Part shown: positions 25,332 to 38,202 of the stretch, in pieces | Numbering within the stretch: position 1 is the first letter of the stretch | Layout: each line of letters opens with the position of its first letter | Source of the DNA: Marsupella aquatica | Lineage: Eukaryota; Plantae; Marchantiophyta | Direction of reading: 5' to 3' | Length of the DNA: 64,000 nucleotides | Assembly (NCBI GenBank): GCA_973895155.1 | Contig: OZ316891.1 | Location: 17,234,095 to 17,298,094, forward strand | The notes under the pieces: generated by a model | What the model was told of the DNA's origin: nothing | Database searches by the model: none | Seen by the model: only the letters and a program-made list of their open reading frames with translations | Position numbers and translations under genes: made by a program

Positions 25332-28300
25332 CTGCATCTTCATGTTCCGTGCAAAATCAATCTCAGTGACGTTTGTGTCACGGTTTCTCCGTAGCATTTG
25401 ACAATTACTTTCTGCCCAAGCCCCGTGAGCTCGTTTGAAAATGAGCACCAATTACATGGGACTTTCATGGTTTCTGTTTTTCGATGGCAGAATCGACTCA
25501 GACCTCTTCTTCAGCTCCACTAATGTCCTTTGTGTGAGCTGATTTCATCGCGCTTGGATTCCTGTTGGTTGAAAGACCTGGTCCCTTGTTTCCACTCGCT
25601 CTTTACAAACTGGGCAACGATTTTCACAGCTGCCCCACATTGTGCTGTCGGAATTGGTAAAATACTAGTGCCCATGAATATTCTCAGAACCATGAAGTAC
25701 AATCATGTGCAGGTGGTCTGCAGGGTCTCCTCCAAAATAGAGAATGGATCAAGTGTGGCCCATAACCGATCGATTGAGATGAGAAATCTGCCAAACTGGA
25801 TCCACCGGGAGGATTGTCCCTCAGAATTCTACTACTTGTGTCCAACCCACCAAAGTTTCTTGCATGACGAAGCCTGTCCCAAAGGCAGTGGACTGGTGTT
25901 GGATTCCAGTAGTCAAAGGTTCTTGGGGGGCTCGATGTTGGTAAAGGATTCTATGCTTTCTTAATTTTCAAAGGGTCTTACCCGTGAGATTCTTCCAGCG
26001 ATCTGTCCAAGACTATCATCACATTTGGAGCGTCACCTCGATTCCACACTGACGAGCCCAACTGAGAATACTAACCAAGTTTGATCCAAGTCAGATTCAT
26101 GTGTTACAATATTGTGGATGATAGATTGCTTGCTGTCATGTCTATCTTCCTCATCCATTAGCAGGTTACTGCTCTGGCAGAAAACTGAACCCATGTCCTG
26201 TATAGGAACGATATGGTGACAACACATCTCAAAAATGCAAATAAACCTTGAGTAGTAGGCCATACCTCGATCGGGTGCGATGTGGGAAATTCTAAAGGAA
26301 GTTACGTATCTTGGCTCCCTAGCGGAATCTGTAAAAACGTACGTGGCGATTATTTATAAGGATACATATTAGTAAACTCATCTTGGGCCTGGTAGGCTGT
26401 TCTCAGTCATCATTGGCATTGTGAGGAACAAAACGGGAGCCGCTGATTGGCAAATCAGAATGGAGTTTCATTGCCGTCAGACAAGTGAAGTAAAGAACAC
26501 TACTTCTCTTGTGAACTAACAAGCTCGTTCACGAAATCCTTAAATAAAAAGAAAATATAATTGACCAATGAGATGGTCTACAATATCGATCCAATGCTTC
26601 ATCTTGTCTTGTCCTTTTGCTCTGTTTGAGCAGCAGGTCAGGCCTGTCCAAATCCAAAGGAGATATCACCTGTTCGAACACTCCATGGCGACCAAATATT
26701 GAATTAAAAAGAGATGACCAAATTTTCAAGGGGCCAGAACTCCGACTACAGCATAACATGATAGGTAGAGCCAATAACAAGATGAATGTGGAAATGTTCA
26801 GAAATTCCAAAAATTACAGTCTGCTCGACTTGTTCGGAGTCAAGATGGATGATCTGACGAGAATCATACAAAGAGGGGGAACAAGCCCAGACACCACATA
26901 CCAAACCACGAAAATTGACACTAGACCAAAATCTCCAACTTTCCCCAACAATGGGCCTGCTGGAGCCTACTGCAGAGTTCCACGCAGCTTCACAACAATT
27001 AAGTAACAAACAAGATCAGACTGCTCAGGAAGTTGACCATTTCACTAAATACATTCATCAGGTGCACATTGTCATCAAAGCTCTCACATTGACTCACATT
27101 GACATTCTTTGAGAGAGAAGGCAAGACTGACGTCCAAGATTCTTTCGGCCCCTCTGGAAGTCGTCATCTCATAAGAAAACAAAACACAAGAGAGCACATT
27201 GGTGATGTCGGGATCAACGATGGGAGAGCCATTGCTTTCCTCTCCAGCTCGACCGATACGAGAACTTCAAACCTCGCCGGTCCAGAAATCCAAAGTGAGT
27301 CACCATTCTGGGTTTCCCCAAAAGTGAACTGAAAGACAAACCATCACAAATCTCTCTCTCTTGTGGAGCTTGTCGCTGCTCAGCGCCATCCCACCGATTC
27401 ATGGACTGTTTACACAGACACTTTCCTCGTGGGTTGTGAAATCGCTCGACCAAACTCGATGTCATGTCAGCCTGACACAAGCACGACACCACCAATCAGT
27501 GCAACATTGTAAGTCCTACTGTTAAAGTGTAAGCCTGGACATGAATAGTGGCGACCAAGGCCCATTTTATACTGGCAGTTGTGATTTAGATGGGTGTCTC
27601 AATACTTGGCCATATTAGGATGATGTTTTTCCATAATTTGAGTGTTATGGGATCTCCTATAAAAGGTATCTAGCCCAACTTGGGCTACCTAAGGAAAGCT
27701 TAATAATAACCTTAACAAAGAAACCCCCAAAAAAAAAACTAACAACTTTTTCATCACTTTAGATTAAAATCCAAAAATCTAGAAATCTCAATTGAAAGCC
27801 CGTAGATGGGCTTTGCACCTGACATGGTGATGACTATTGCATTTCACATGGCAACTAACCAAGAAGGAATAAAAGCACATATGTATACTTGTGAGATTGA
27901 GACAAGCTGTAACTCCTGGGGCGGTCAATACTACCTCTTCCATTTTTTAAATTTCTTAACTTGGTCCCCTACCCCTAACGAGAGATACCAAATCCAAACT
28001 TTGAGATACCCTCCAAAACCGGATCCTTGACCAAACTAAACCAAACCCTAAACCCTCCTCACTTTAATTAACCGAACTAAAGTTAAGCCAGTTAGCGGGA
28101 CGATGTTTCCGCTAGAGATGGAGGGGGCCAATGACCCCAATCCAGCTGCTAATTTAGGAGGTAACTTACTGCTCCAGTGCTGCCCCACCGAATGGACGAA
28201 TCATAGAGTGAGAGGGAGTGTGGCACGAGGATTCGGATGACGTAATTGCAAAACAAATTGCAACACAATTTGTCATCTCTGTACTATTTGCTTTTCACTA

Positions 28301-28368
28301 CATGGTACCTTGTTTGACCCCTTTACAAAAAGCGAATTGTCATCGATCGGCTCGAATGCTCGATTGTG

Positions 28369-28534
28369 TGGATGATGGTGCTGAATTGCTGATGATGCAA
28401 AGGTCAGTAGGATTGCTTGAGCCTAGACGTTTGCCCCATTTTAAAACAAATTGTGAAAGATCGGCTCGATTGATTGGATGATGGTGCTGAATTGCTGATG
28501 ATGCAAAGGTCAGTAGGATTGCTTGATCCTAGAC
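28369..28534. repeat. 60-bp direct repeat x2 (period 106)
   Basis: tggatgatggtgctgaattgctgatgatgcaaaggtcagtaggattgcttgaKcctagac at 28369-28428 and 28475-28534. Confidence 0.92.
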
Positions 28535-29440
28535 TTCTGTAGGAAGGTGGGACCTGCGTGAAGTGAGGTGGCCATGAGTGTTGAACCCCAATGAGCGCCG
28601 ATCGAACTCTCCCGGAAGTATGGTCCTTGCCAGGTTTTTGATTCGATCTGATTGATGGGACCTCCACTGGTCGCGGATATTCGAATGAGCAGCAGTAACA
28701 TCAGTGGATTGATGGCTCTCTTGATCACGATGACAGGGTTTTAGGGATGAGCACAGATTTTTCAGAGCGACACAATTTCACAGGAGAATGATGCACGGCT
28801 CCGAATTTGCCTTTCTTTGGCGTAGTAGTCACTCTCCGTGATGGAAAAGCTTTCTTCGTCTTGGACAAGAATGCCCGTTTTTTCGCCTCGAATTTTTCAA
28901 GAAAAGCATTCCTAGAAACAGCATACAACTGGGCAGCCCCACAGACGGGGGCAATGCTCAAAGCAGACCGAAGATCGGTGACAAGAATGCTTCTGGGAAG
29001 AGCCTGTATGATTGGTTCCTTGGATGTAATTGTCTCCATAGTAAGAAGACGTAGTAGTCGACTGAACTTCAGTACTTTTACTACGTCCGGCTGGCTGAGT
29101 CGCCGCGGCCTGATGAGTCGTTCTGGACTCTGGAGATGGGAAGAGACCGGTGCTCGCCAGGTCGCCACTGTCTGTGAGTTCTCGTGCAATCCGTGTGTTA
29201 TCGTACTTTGATAGAACAGACGCTAGGGCTTCATTCATGACGCTCACATGACAACATCTAACGTCAGATTCCAGATCCAGAGGACAAACGGCCCCGAGAA
29301 AAGACCGGGAAACTCACAAGGTCGCAGACGTAATCAGGAGAAAGTTACAAACGTGGCGCAATGCTGGGGCTTTTTTTGGTGGCGCAGTGCCGTTGCGAGC
29401 ACCGGTTGTCGCGTAGTTTCGGTTGATGGCTACCGAATTT

Positions 29441-29457
29441 ATTTTTTGCCTCGAAAA
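29441..29457 (-). mobile_element. Ultra-short (17 bp) insertion of the LINE 3' end with a 15-bp TSD
   Basis: atggctaccgaattt at 29426-29440 and 29458-29472 flanks attttttgcctcgaaaa. The core ttttttgcctcgaaaaa is identical to the LINE 3' terminus at 21959-21975. Confidence 0.8.
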
Positions 29458-31842
29458 ATGGCTACCGAATTTTTCTGACGACGAACTGTAGCGACTGGAA
29501 GCTTTGTTTTCTTGCGAACCGGAGGACTTCTTTCGCTCGATTTGTATCTTTTTCTACTCGTTGAAATCGACAACAAATTAGGGCTCGGGTAGCCAAAAGC
29601 AAAAAGGAGTGTGACAAACATGATATAAGTGATCCGACACTGTGGACGTAGGCCAGGCTACGCTTTTGGGGAGAGCTGGGGACTTTTTTTCGTTGACTCG
29701 TTCTCAAAAAACTGAAGCCCATGAGACCATTTCTTTGCGGACGACCAATTCCCCGGACTTATAATTAGGAAAAGAGAACAGCCCTACAGAGGAGAATCAA
29801 AAAGCCATTCCTCGGCCGGAAGACACGAGTCCACCAAAACCGACGAGAGTCGTGGTCTATGCAGCCTCATGGTGACCACAACCATCATTTCGACGTTGGT
29901 ACAGATAAAACGCCTGATGACATTGCAGATCCACCGCTTTGTCGTTCCAGTTGCAAGTTGGGGAAGGGCCATCACCACACTGCCACTGTCAAATTACTGT
30001 GGCAAGCACGCAAGTCCTGAACTTCTAGCTGTTGTGCGGTGCACTGTGCAGTTTTTTGGCAGTCTGGGTGAATATCCGTCGATGCAGGTAAAGTGTGGTG
30101 AGACGCAGTCGACATGTGCAGGCAGTTCAGTAGTAGTTACATCCAGCTTACAGGTCACTTCCTGGAGTACATCGAGGATCCATTCTCCAGTCGTGTTTTC
30201 CAACGCAAGCTACAGTTGGTGCGAATCCAGCGCATGAATTTGCATCCATCTACCACAGCTCGGTGGATCCAGCGCATGAACCGTTACCTTCATGAGTAAG
30301 TTGTCTACCTCCATCATTGATCGTAGAATCATCATCATGCCTACGAACTGACCTTGACGCTTACGAGTATGGAATTAGTATTAGCACCAGATGAACTTTG
30401 GGAAATATGATCCATTACTTTCGTGGAGAGTCAAGATCATTCCACAATTCCCCCTAAACCATGCGTTTCCAACCTCATGCACTCTCCTCGAGAAACCCAT
30501 CAAACGAAATGAGAGCTCTTTGATTTAATTCAATTTTCGAGTTTAGAATTTCGAACACAAAGTCGTGATTTCGGTTTGCGATAGATCACGTCCAATCTTT
30601 TCTAGTATTCATTGATCGTTTCACTGATCGAACTTGTATCAGTTTCGATACTTCGTGAGACAAACAATCAAGTCTGCAGGACAACAATCCAGTACCATTT
30701 TTTGTGTTGAAGACTAGTCCGATATTCAGATGAAGTCACAAGGCCATTCCTCTCCCCTCGGTGTTTGTGTGCCCTTTCTATGATCAATCTATCCATTTAT
30801 CTATGCTATTAGCCCAATTACCCTTTCTTTGAACATGAGGAGGGATGATGAGTAAAGATAGGATAAAAATCTGTTGACCTTTGATGGCAGCAGCTGACCA
30901 AAGCTTCTCTAAGTAACTGAGGAAGAACTGGCCATTTCACTATAGCCCTTGACCCACTATGACAGAAGTTGACCTTTTAATAGGTGGCCTCCCAAATCCG
31001 TCGAGTCTCTTCACAGGTGGCCCTAATTTCACAGGCGGCCCAAATTTCAAATGCGGTGCACTACTCCAGCACTACTCCACCCCCATCCCCATTTTTCACC
31101 CCCACCCCTCATTCCATTATTGCCCCCCAAGTCTTTGAACATAGATAGAGACCAAGCAAATAAAGAATATTACAATAAAAATGATTTTGTAGTATTTCTG
31201 GTTCATTTTTGCTTATCTTTGTAATTTTTCCACTCTATTTTCATGTTTTGTCCTAATTGAAAGTTACACTTAGATGGTTTACTCTACACACTAGCCTTCA
31301 AAAGTAGCTTTGCATTGCTCTTTATTAGTAAGATATTATGTGATTGAGTTTACCTTTCATAACTTATTGTAATTTGCTATCCAAAGTGTTTTTTCATGAC
31401 CTGCACTGGCCATTCTCATGGAACGTGCTTCTTCTGTTGGAATGGTTAAATTTCTTGTTTTGTTGCACTAGTTAAATTTCTTGTTTAGCTGCCTCTTTTG
31501 TGGGAGGCTTAGTCTCTTTCCTGGGTATCTTTCCTGGTACCGGTCCCTCCGGTTTTGTTGGCACTTCCCGGTTTTGTTGGCACTTCTGACCTATGGTCCA
31601 CCTTTCCTATTGCCCTTGTGATCACCTGTTTGTATGTTGTCTTTGTGAATGGAATTGAAAAAGATATTTTAAGACAAAATAAGGTCTACCTTTCTTTACT
31701 TATCGTACCGAGCTTGAATGTCCACTTTGAATGTTAAGAGGAATGACCACTCATGGTTCTTTTCTTGGTGGGACCCTCGAGTCACTGTCTAGAGTCTTCA
31801 CTCTAGAAGCCTAGGCCCCAAGTCTAGATTCTGTTCACTATT

Positions 31843-32080
31843 TATTAATAAGATTTGGTATGTAAGTCTACCTTTCATGACTTATTACTAAAGCCCTCTC
31901 ATGACTATAATGAGACTTATTAGAATCTGGGATCCAAGTCTACCTTTCACCACTTTGGAGTGAAGCCCTTCAAAGACTTATTCCATAAAGTGAATCAGAC
32001 TTATTAGAATTTAGGATCCAAGTATACCTTTCACCACTTTGAGTGAAGAGCCCTTCATGACTTATTCCTTGGAGTGAATC
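31843..32080. repeat. Degenerate ~84-bp tandem array
   Basis: Recurring agacttattagaat..ggatccaagtMtacctttcaccacttt..gagtgaag..cccttca..gacttattcc. Confidence 0.8.
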
Positions 32081-32260
32081 CAGGGGCCATAATTTATGTG
32101 TCCCTTCTATCATCAATTTATCTATATTATAATTTTGGATCGGAGTCTACCTACTCCTTTGAATAAACCAAGGGCTATAATTTGTCTAATAGCAGAAAAC
32201 ATGTTATAGAACAAATTTGCTAACATAGCCTGTCCTTATTCCCAAACATAGTTTACACAT

Positions 32261-32377
32261 CAAATATTAATGAAAATACCATGAACAAGGTCTACGTAGA
32301 GCGATGAACAAGGACAGGCATGGTCTTCTACGAAGTCCTTGTTCATGGCCCTTCGTGTGCATTTTCATTAATATTTG
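32261..32377. other. 117-nt foldback (inverted repeat)
   Basis: Perfect 17-bp outer arms (caaatattaatgaaaat / attttcattaatatttg) and a 22-bp inner stem with 2 mismatches. Confidence 0.75.
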
Positions 32378-34190
32378 GGTTAGTATTCTTATTGCCCACT
32401 CGACAGTCCAATCAGTGTCCCTTAAACTAGCTGAAGACAATGAGCTAATCTTGTTTTTATACCCGTGTATTTTTTCCTAATCACAAAATGTGAGATTTTG
32501 GAGCAAAAATAATGGAGCTTCCTTGTCCAGGGCCCTGTTGGCTGGAACTGATGGTCATCCTGATGGAGGATCTAACTATATAAATTAATATGTTTGAGAG
32601 TTGCAGATTGGAAGGTTATCCTAAAATGATGGAAGATTTAACTAGATAAATTATATATGTGAAATATAAGTATGAGTAACATACCTCCTTAGGACCAGAC
32701 AACTGTGTAGATTACTAATTCAAAGAACAAAATGTGAGATTTTGGAGCAAGACCAAAGACCTTGTGACTTCATCAGACTGCCAGACTTGAAGATTTGAAC
32801 ACCAAACTGGTACTTCATTATGGGTTTAGGGTTTATCCATAAAATTTTGGAACATCTAAATATGAAACATCTAATGATGAAATTATATTTTTAATTGTAA
32901 TCTACCATGGTAACATACCTCCACCAGACCACACTCACTTGTGACCAGCACTTCTCTAGTGAAGAGTGGCAAAAAATTGCCAAATTCCACATTGCATAAC
33001 AATATAGGCCAGTAAAATAATCCACATTGAATAACAATATAGGCCACCAGAATAATGATTTTCCCAAGACTAGGAACTTAAAGCTTCATGGACACAGACC
33101 TTTCACAAAAAGCCCCAATGGACAAGCACAACCTGGATGGACAATATCCAAACTTGAGATGTTGCTTGCATAACACACTTTTCATTTGTGCTCTTAAAGT
33201 GACCTGTAAGCAGGTGTCTTCCATGTCAGGTCTCACATTTCGCAGCTCATAATGCATCATTTTGCAGCCAGCATTCAAAGAACTTGCAGCCAAAGCATTA
33301 GAGATGTTGCAGCCAATATATCTCGTTCACTTCCAGCCAAACAATGAAAGATTTCAAAGGCAAAAAAATTATCAAGTTCTGTTGCAGCCAGTGTATTTAG
33401 TTCACGCAATGAAGCCTGGGATGAGGACACATTGAATGGAACATTGTAGAATGTGGGGAATGTGGAACGGTAGACAATCGAGAGTAGGCACATGCATCCA
33501 GCCGGGCTCAATCCTCTCGTGCAGATCTTTATGCAACTAGAGATAGCCAGTGCGATCCTCAAACATTCTCAGTATGTCATTGGTGATTAGTCTTACACTG
33601 TCACGCGTCTGTGTCCATCAGGATCGTCCCACCAAACATCTTTGTCTATCCTGGCTGGTTCCAAGACAAGGAGATTTTAAAAGTCAGAAATAAATATAGG
33701 AAAAGTTGGTATTGAATCTTCTTAGCATCTTCTCCTTCACACAAGTGACATTCCCTAAGAAGAAAAAAACCTTTCTACCCTGCACGTCACCCTACTCTAA
33801 TTGGCCAACACTACAAAAGATCTTGAGGGAGCATGCATTGCCCATCACCACAGAGATTCTCAGCTAGCATAAATCTATGGCACAAATTACAATCTGAATG
33901 CACCGTTCGTAGCCTACTTATCCATTATTGTTCCCCCAAGTGTAGCAATCTCCTGGAATGTAACGTCAGAGCTCAGCACAGCAAAGGGAACAACTTATTG
34001 GACATACAGCACCACAAACGTCAAAGAGCCTTATCTTTAGTAAAGTTACAGCACTCCGTGATACCTTTAGTGGTAACTCGGTTTGCATTTCTCAATTCCA
34101 AAAAGTTATTTTTTCTTGCTTCCAGATTTTGGCGGATTTCAAATTTTCACCATCAAACAGTGTTATCAGTCTATTTCCCTGGTGTTTTGG

Positions 34191-34651
34191 TTATACTTAG
34201 CCAAGCATGTCTTCACGGCCAAAATCAATACAAAACAGCTATTTCCAGGGATTTTCTAAACCACACCTGCCATTATAAAAACCTCATTCCATGTCTCACT
34301 ACTCACCATAAAAGGTGGAAACTTAGCACCTTTTGTGGAGTACTTGCCAAAAAAAGGTTTTGCAGTCAGCACCTTTTGTGGAGCTCAAAACCCATTTCTG
34401 AACATGTACTCTTTAGAATGAGAGCTACGGGTTACCCGTAGCCCTTTATAGGGGCAGGTGTGGTTTAATGGTTTACAGTTTAAACAAAACCCTTAAGTTT
34501 TCCCTACATGGGCTTATACTGAGCCAAGCATGTCTTCACGGCCAAATTCAATACAAAACAACAATTTCTGGGGTTTTTCAAGGGTTTGCAAACTTCTCCC
34601 AGTATAAGCGTTATACTTAGCCAAGCATGGCTAAATCCAATGTAAAACAAC
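34191..34651. repeat. Three-copy degenerate repeat (ttatactKagccaagcatg...), first copy interrupted by a MITE
   Basis: Copies start at 34191, 34514 and 34611. Confidence 0.8.
34257..34467. mobile_element. MITE copy 1 (~210 bp)
   Basis: TIR (ta)aaccacacctgcc / ggcaggtgtggtt(ta), TA or TTAA flanks, internal palindrome gctacgggt-t-acccgtagc (34424-34442). Homologous copy at 46980-47187. Confidence 0.85.
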
Positions 34652-34962
34652 ACATTCCTCTTAAATTCAATTTCCTGTCCATTTCCTTAAAACTGCTGCA
34701 TAAGTTTTTGGCCAACTAAAGATATCCGGAAAGTAGAAAAATAGTAGTCGAGTCACCCATAGTTAGAATAAACCATGGGTGAGTATCATTTAACCTAACT
34801 ACGGTTAAGGAATATTGGGCGAGTGTCTCCCGATGTATTTCAAAAACTTTCGGGCCACCATTTTCTTCATGAAAAAGTTTTCGCGTACGTTCTTCACAAA
34901 ATCTCCCAAGGTGTAGGAGATTGCAGGATTTCGCGAGGCCGGTAGGATTAGGGTGGCGCAGA

Positions 34963-36618
34963 ATGGAAGGCAAGCAGCTGCGATCGCGGACGCTGCCACT
35001 AAGAACGATGGCAACTGGTGAAAGTAGTGGAGTTCCAGCCACCATCGCTCCCGCTCTTGCTGCTAGACTTAAGGAACAGGCGAGAGCTCACGGCGCGGAA
35101 AAAGGCATAGGAGCGATGGAATCTGGGGGTAGAAATGAGGTGCAGCCAACATGGATGCAGCTGGACGATGATGTGGAGGTCAGAGGTAGCAGCGTTGCTC
35201 CTCAATTGGCACAACAGCAGCAAGAGACAGACATCCCTGTGAAGCCAAAACCAAAGTTCTCAGTTTGTACGTTTCAATTTCAACATTTCTGATTGCTGCT
35301 AGCTACATCCTCGATTTCTGATTGTTGTCGTACGAATGTGCAAAAGGAGTCCTCATTGTATTCTTCCATGGGATACTCTTAGCTTGAAGGCGCAACACAA
35401 TGAGGGGCTATGCAGATGAATTTAGTGTTGCAATTTCTCTCCCAGTAGTTGGTCAGAGAGACAACATTGCTCAGCTAAGACAACAATATACATGAGGCTT
35501 GAATCTGTAATCGTGTTTAGGATCACATGATTGACTGCTTTTGTGTGCTTGTAGTGTCTAGGTATAGATCCCTGATGAATCCTGTGAGGACTGATCCCCC
35601 AATCGAACCACCTATTCAACCTGCAGTCCAGGAAATCTTTATGGGGAGTTCTAATAGTGATGATTCAACCTCACCTGAAGACCATTCAGGCACTGATGAA
35701 GATGATGTTGACCAAGACATGAGTGAAGACGACCTTCCTGATAGACAGAAAGAACCAAAGGGCAAGGGTGTTCAATCATAGAACAGAAAATCCAAGAAGA
35801 AAGCCAAAGGTATTGAGAAGGGCAGGAGACAGGCTGGGGTAATTGAGTCTGAGAAGAGCACTGGGAGACAATTGGTTGATGACGATCATGTTGGGAAGCT
35901 AGTTCGGGATTACAGGAAGTACATGGCTGAGTTTAGCAAAGGGAGAAAGAAGAAAATCAAGCAACTCATTCCAAACAAGGTCTGGATTCAAATTTACAGT
36001 GATTACAAGAAGGCTTTTCTAGTTTCAATCTTTCGAAAGGAAAGCTTGAAGGAGCATTTGAGGAGTGCTCTTAACGAGATGACATCTGGAGTTACAGATC
36101 CAGAGAAGGGTGATGGGGCAGAGCCCCAAGACGAGGACATCATGGTGTCCCTTATGCAGACTGAAAGTTGGAAAGCCAGAAACATTTTGAAGACAAGAAA
36201 TGGTGCATTTGATGGGAGTAGTTCAGCTTCTGGCAAGAGTAGTGATGCTGCTGGGCAAGAGTCTACAAAAGGTCCTTGTCTATCTTCAACTCCCTCTGCT
36301 CCAAGAGAATTAGGTTAGGGGAAGCCCCCCACAAAGAAAGACCATTTGAAACGAGCTGGAGATGACATTTCAGAGATGTTGAGTGAATTCAAGGGCTTCA
36401 AGGAAGATCGAGGAGTACATCCCGAAACCAAGCGAAAGGTGACTGAGGCAAAGGTCTCTCTCTCACATGCTAGGAAAGAAGAAAGTGAGGCACGAAGGAA
36501 TTTCCACACTAAGCAGAACACCTTCGCAGAAATCACTTTGCTGAAGGAGCAAAGAGCTCTCGAGTTGATCACAGATTATGAGTTTAAAGAAAAATGTAAA
36601 AGAGCATTTGGTATCTAG
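34963..36618 (+). pseudogene. Transposon accessory gene (Myb/SANT-like DNA-binding protein) with 2 premature stops
   Basis: Exon 1 34963-35266, phase-1 GT-AG intron 35267-35554, exon 2 35555-36618 in a single frame read through TAG at 35779 and 36316. Acidic tract, basic NLS-like tract, then VDDDHVGKLV...KVWIQIY...ESLKEHLR (trihelix/MADF-like). Confidence 0.7.
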
Positions 36619-36989
36619 AGTTAGCTTGGAGAGCTTGATCCCTGCAGTAGTAAAGGCAATTTTGTAGTGCATAATTGATTAGAGGTTGCACATTTTGTGT
36701 CAAGGGCACTTGTTCCTGGTTTTCAGGAATTGAAATGTATCATTTCTTCTTCTTTGAATGAATTTTTGTGATGTAAAGATTCAACATGCCTGGACATGTT
36801 TCATTGTTGTTTAGAGTAGTGCAGAGTCTATCAAATTTGTCTTTTTATAACAAAACATTGGTTACAGGCATGCAGTAGTACAAGCGACTATGCTTGTCCA
36901 CTTGTAGCATTACATGTAGAGTTCTCTTTAAACCCTGCCTTTACTGCCTACAAAGATTACATTGATTTTCTACTTTAGGCTAGCCTCAA

Positions 36990-38202
36990 CTAATAGTCTC
37001 CTGCCGAACCTCTGTTTGCTAAGTTCCTGTCTCGATGCCCTTCAATATGGGCTCTCATATCCATTCTCCTCCTGTGTAAGAAATTAGTCATGATTGCAGC
37101 TGCCTCAAATGTAGTTGCAAACTTGGGGTGATGCAGATCAAATCTTTTCATAAGCCGACGCCACTTCTGCTTTATGCCTCCAATGCCCCACTCAACCCTG
37201 ACTCTATACCCAGAGTGCATTTTGTTAAACATGTTCACTGCCCCTGCAGGTAGATGAAGTGTTTGGGCCTCTGTTTTGCTGAAACCTCTCATAACGTACT
37301 TCTCCATGCCTGTGTAGCCTGAATCACCAAGCAAGTATTCACAGTAACCTTGAACATTCACAAACAAGTCCTTCCAATTTCTCTCCACCTAGGAATGCCG
37401 TAATATTGTAACATCATGGTATGAGCCGGGGTATCCTCCATCAACATAAATGAACAAGCCATTGTGGTCTACAACCACGGAGGAATTCATACAATACATT
37501 TTCTTTCGTCCTAAACCATTTCCTATGGTGCGGGTTCTCAAAAGGCCTGCGCACTTTCACCAAAGTCCCATCAACAAAACCAATGCAACCTGGAAGCTGT
37601 GGAATGCGGCTGCCCAATTCTCTTCGCTCTTCCACAGATGGCCACCTGATTTCATCCTGGAGTGCCTCATTGATGCAACTAGCCACAAATATGGCATCAT
37701 CACACAAGGCGGATCGTGACCAATTCCACATAGATGCATCAAAGTAGATGATGTTGTCATGTTTGAGGTACATGATGAAACTCAAAATCCTCTGTTCAGG
37801 TGTGAGTTTGCAGGGACGACCAGAAATTGTATGACTCTCTCCTGTGGATCTAGCATGGGAGACAATGGTGGGCACTACCCTATTACATAGCTCATGAAAC
37901 TCGTCTACTGTGAAGTTAGTCAAGTCCCAAAAATGTGGAGGATTGGCCAAGGTCCTGTCTAGCTGATCACAAACTGGTTCATTGTGGTTCACAGTAGATT
38001 GGCTTTCACGAGACAACTCAGTAGGCTGAAAAGAATCAACCATAGCAACATATGCAATCAACGCTCTTGCTATGATGAATGCCAATTGCATATCCAGCAC
38101 TTCAGTTTTGTCATTCTCACTGTTGCTACTACTCGAGCTATCCTGATCAGAGAAAATTGTGAATCCATCACCTTCGATCTCCAACATTTGTTCTGCGTCC
38201 AT
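36990..38202 (-). pseudogene. Harbinger/HARBI1-type DDE transposase (DDE_Tnp_4), with a frameshift and a premature stop
   Basis: IRWPS, CIGFVDGT, (N)GRKKMYCMN, GYPGSYHD, YLLGDSGY, HSGYRVRVEWGIGGIKQKW. Frameshift near 37512 and TAG at 37389-37391. Confidence 0.92.

Noticed and set aside
28044-28056. AAACCCT telomere-like units (also near 32822 and 61257)
   Set aside because: Only 1-2 units each, not an interstitial telomere array.
28510-30300. Several 60-150 aa ORFs in moderately GC-rich sequence
   Set aside because: No recognisable motifs or consistent splice model. Possibly a decayed gene or TE.
33078-33562. KSVLCKQHLKFGYCPSRLC resembling a CCCH zinc finger
   Set aside because: The final His is missing and the surrounding frames are broken, so the evidence is too weak.
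33833-34441. 202-aa ORF
   Set aside because: It runs through a local repeat and the MITE with non-protein-like composition.
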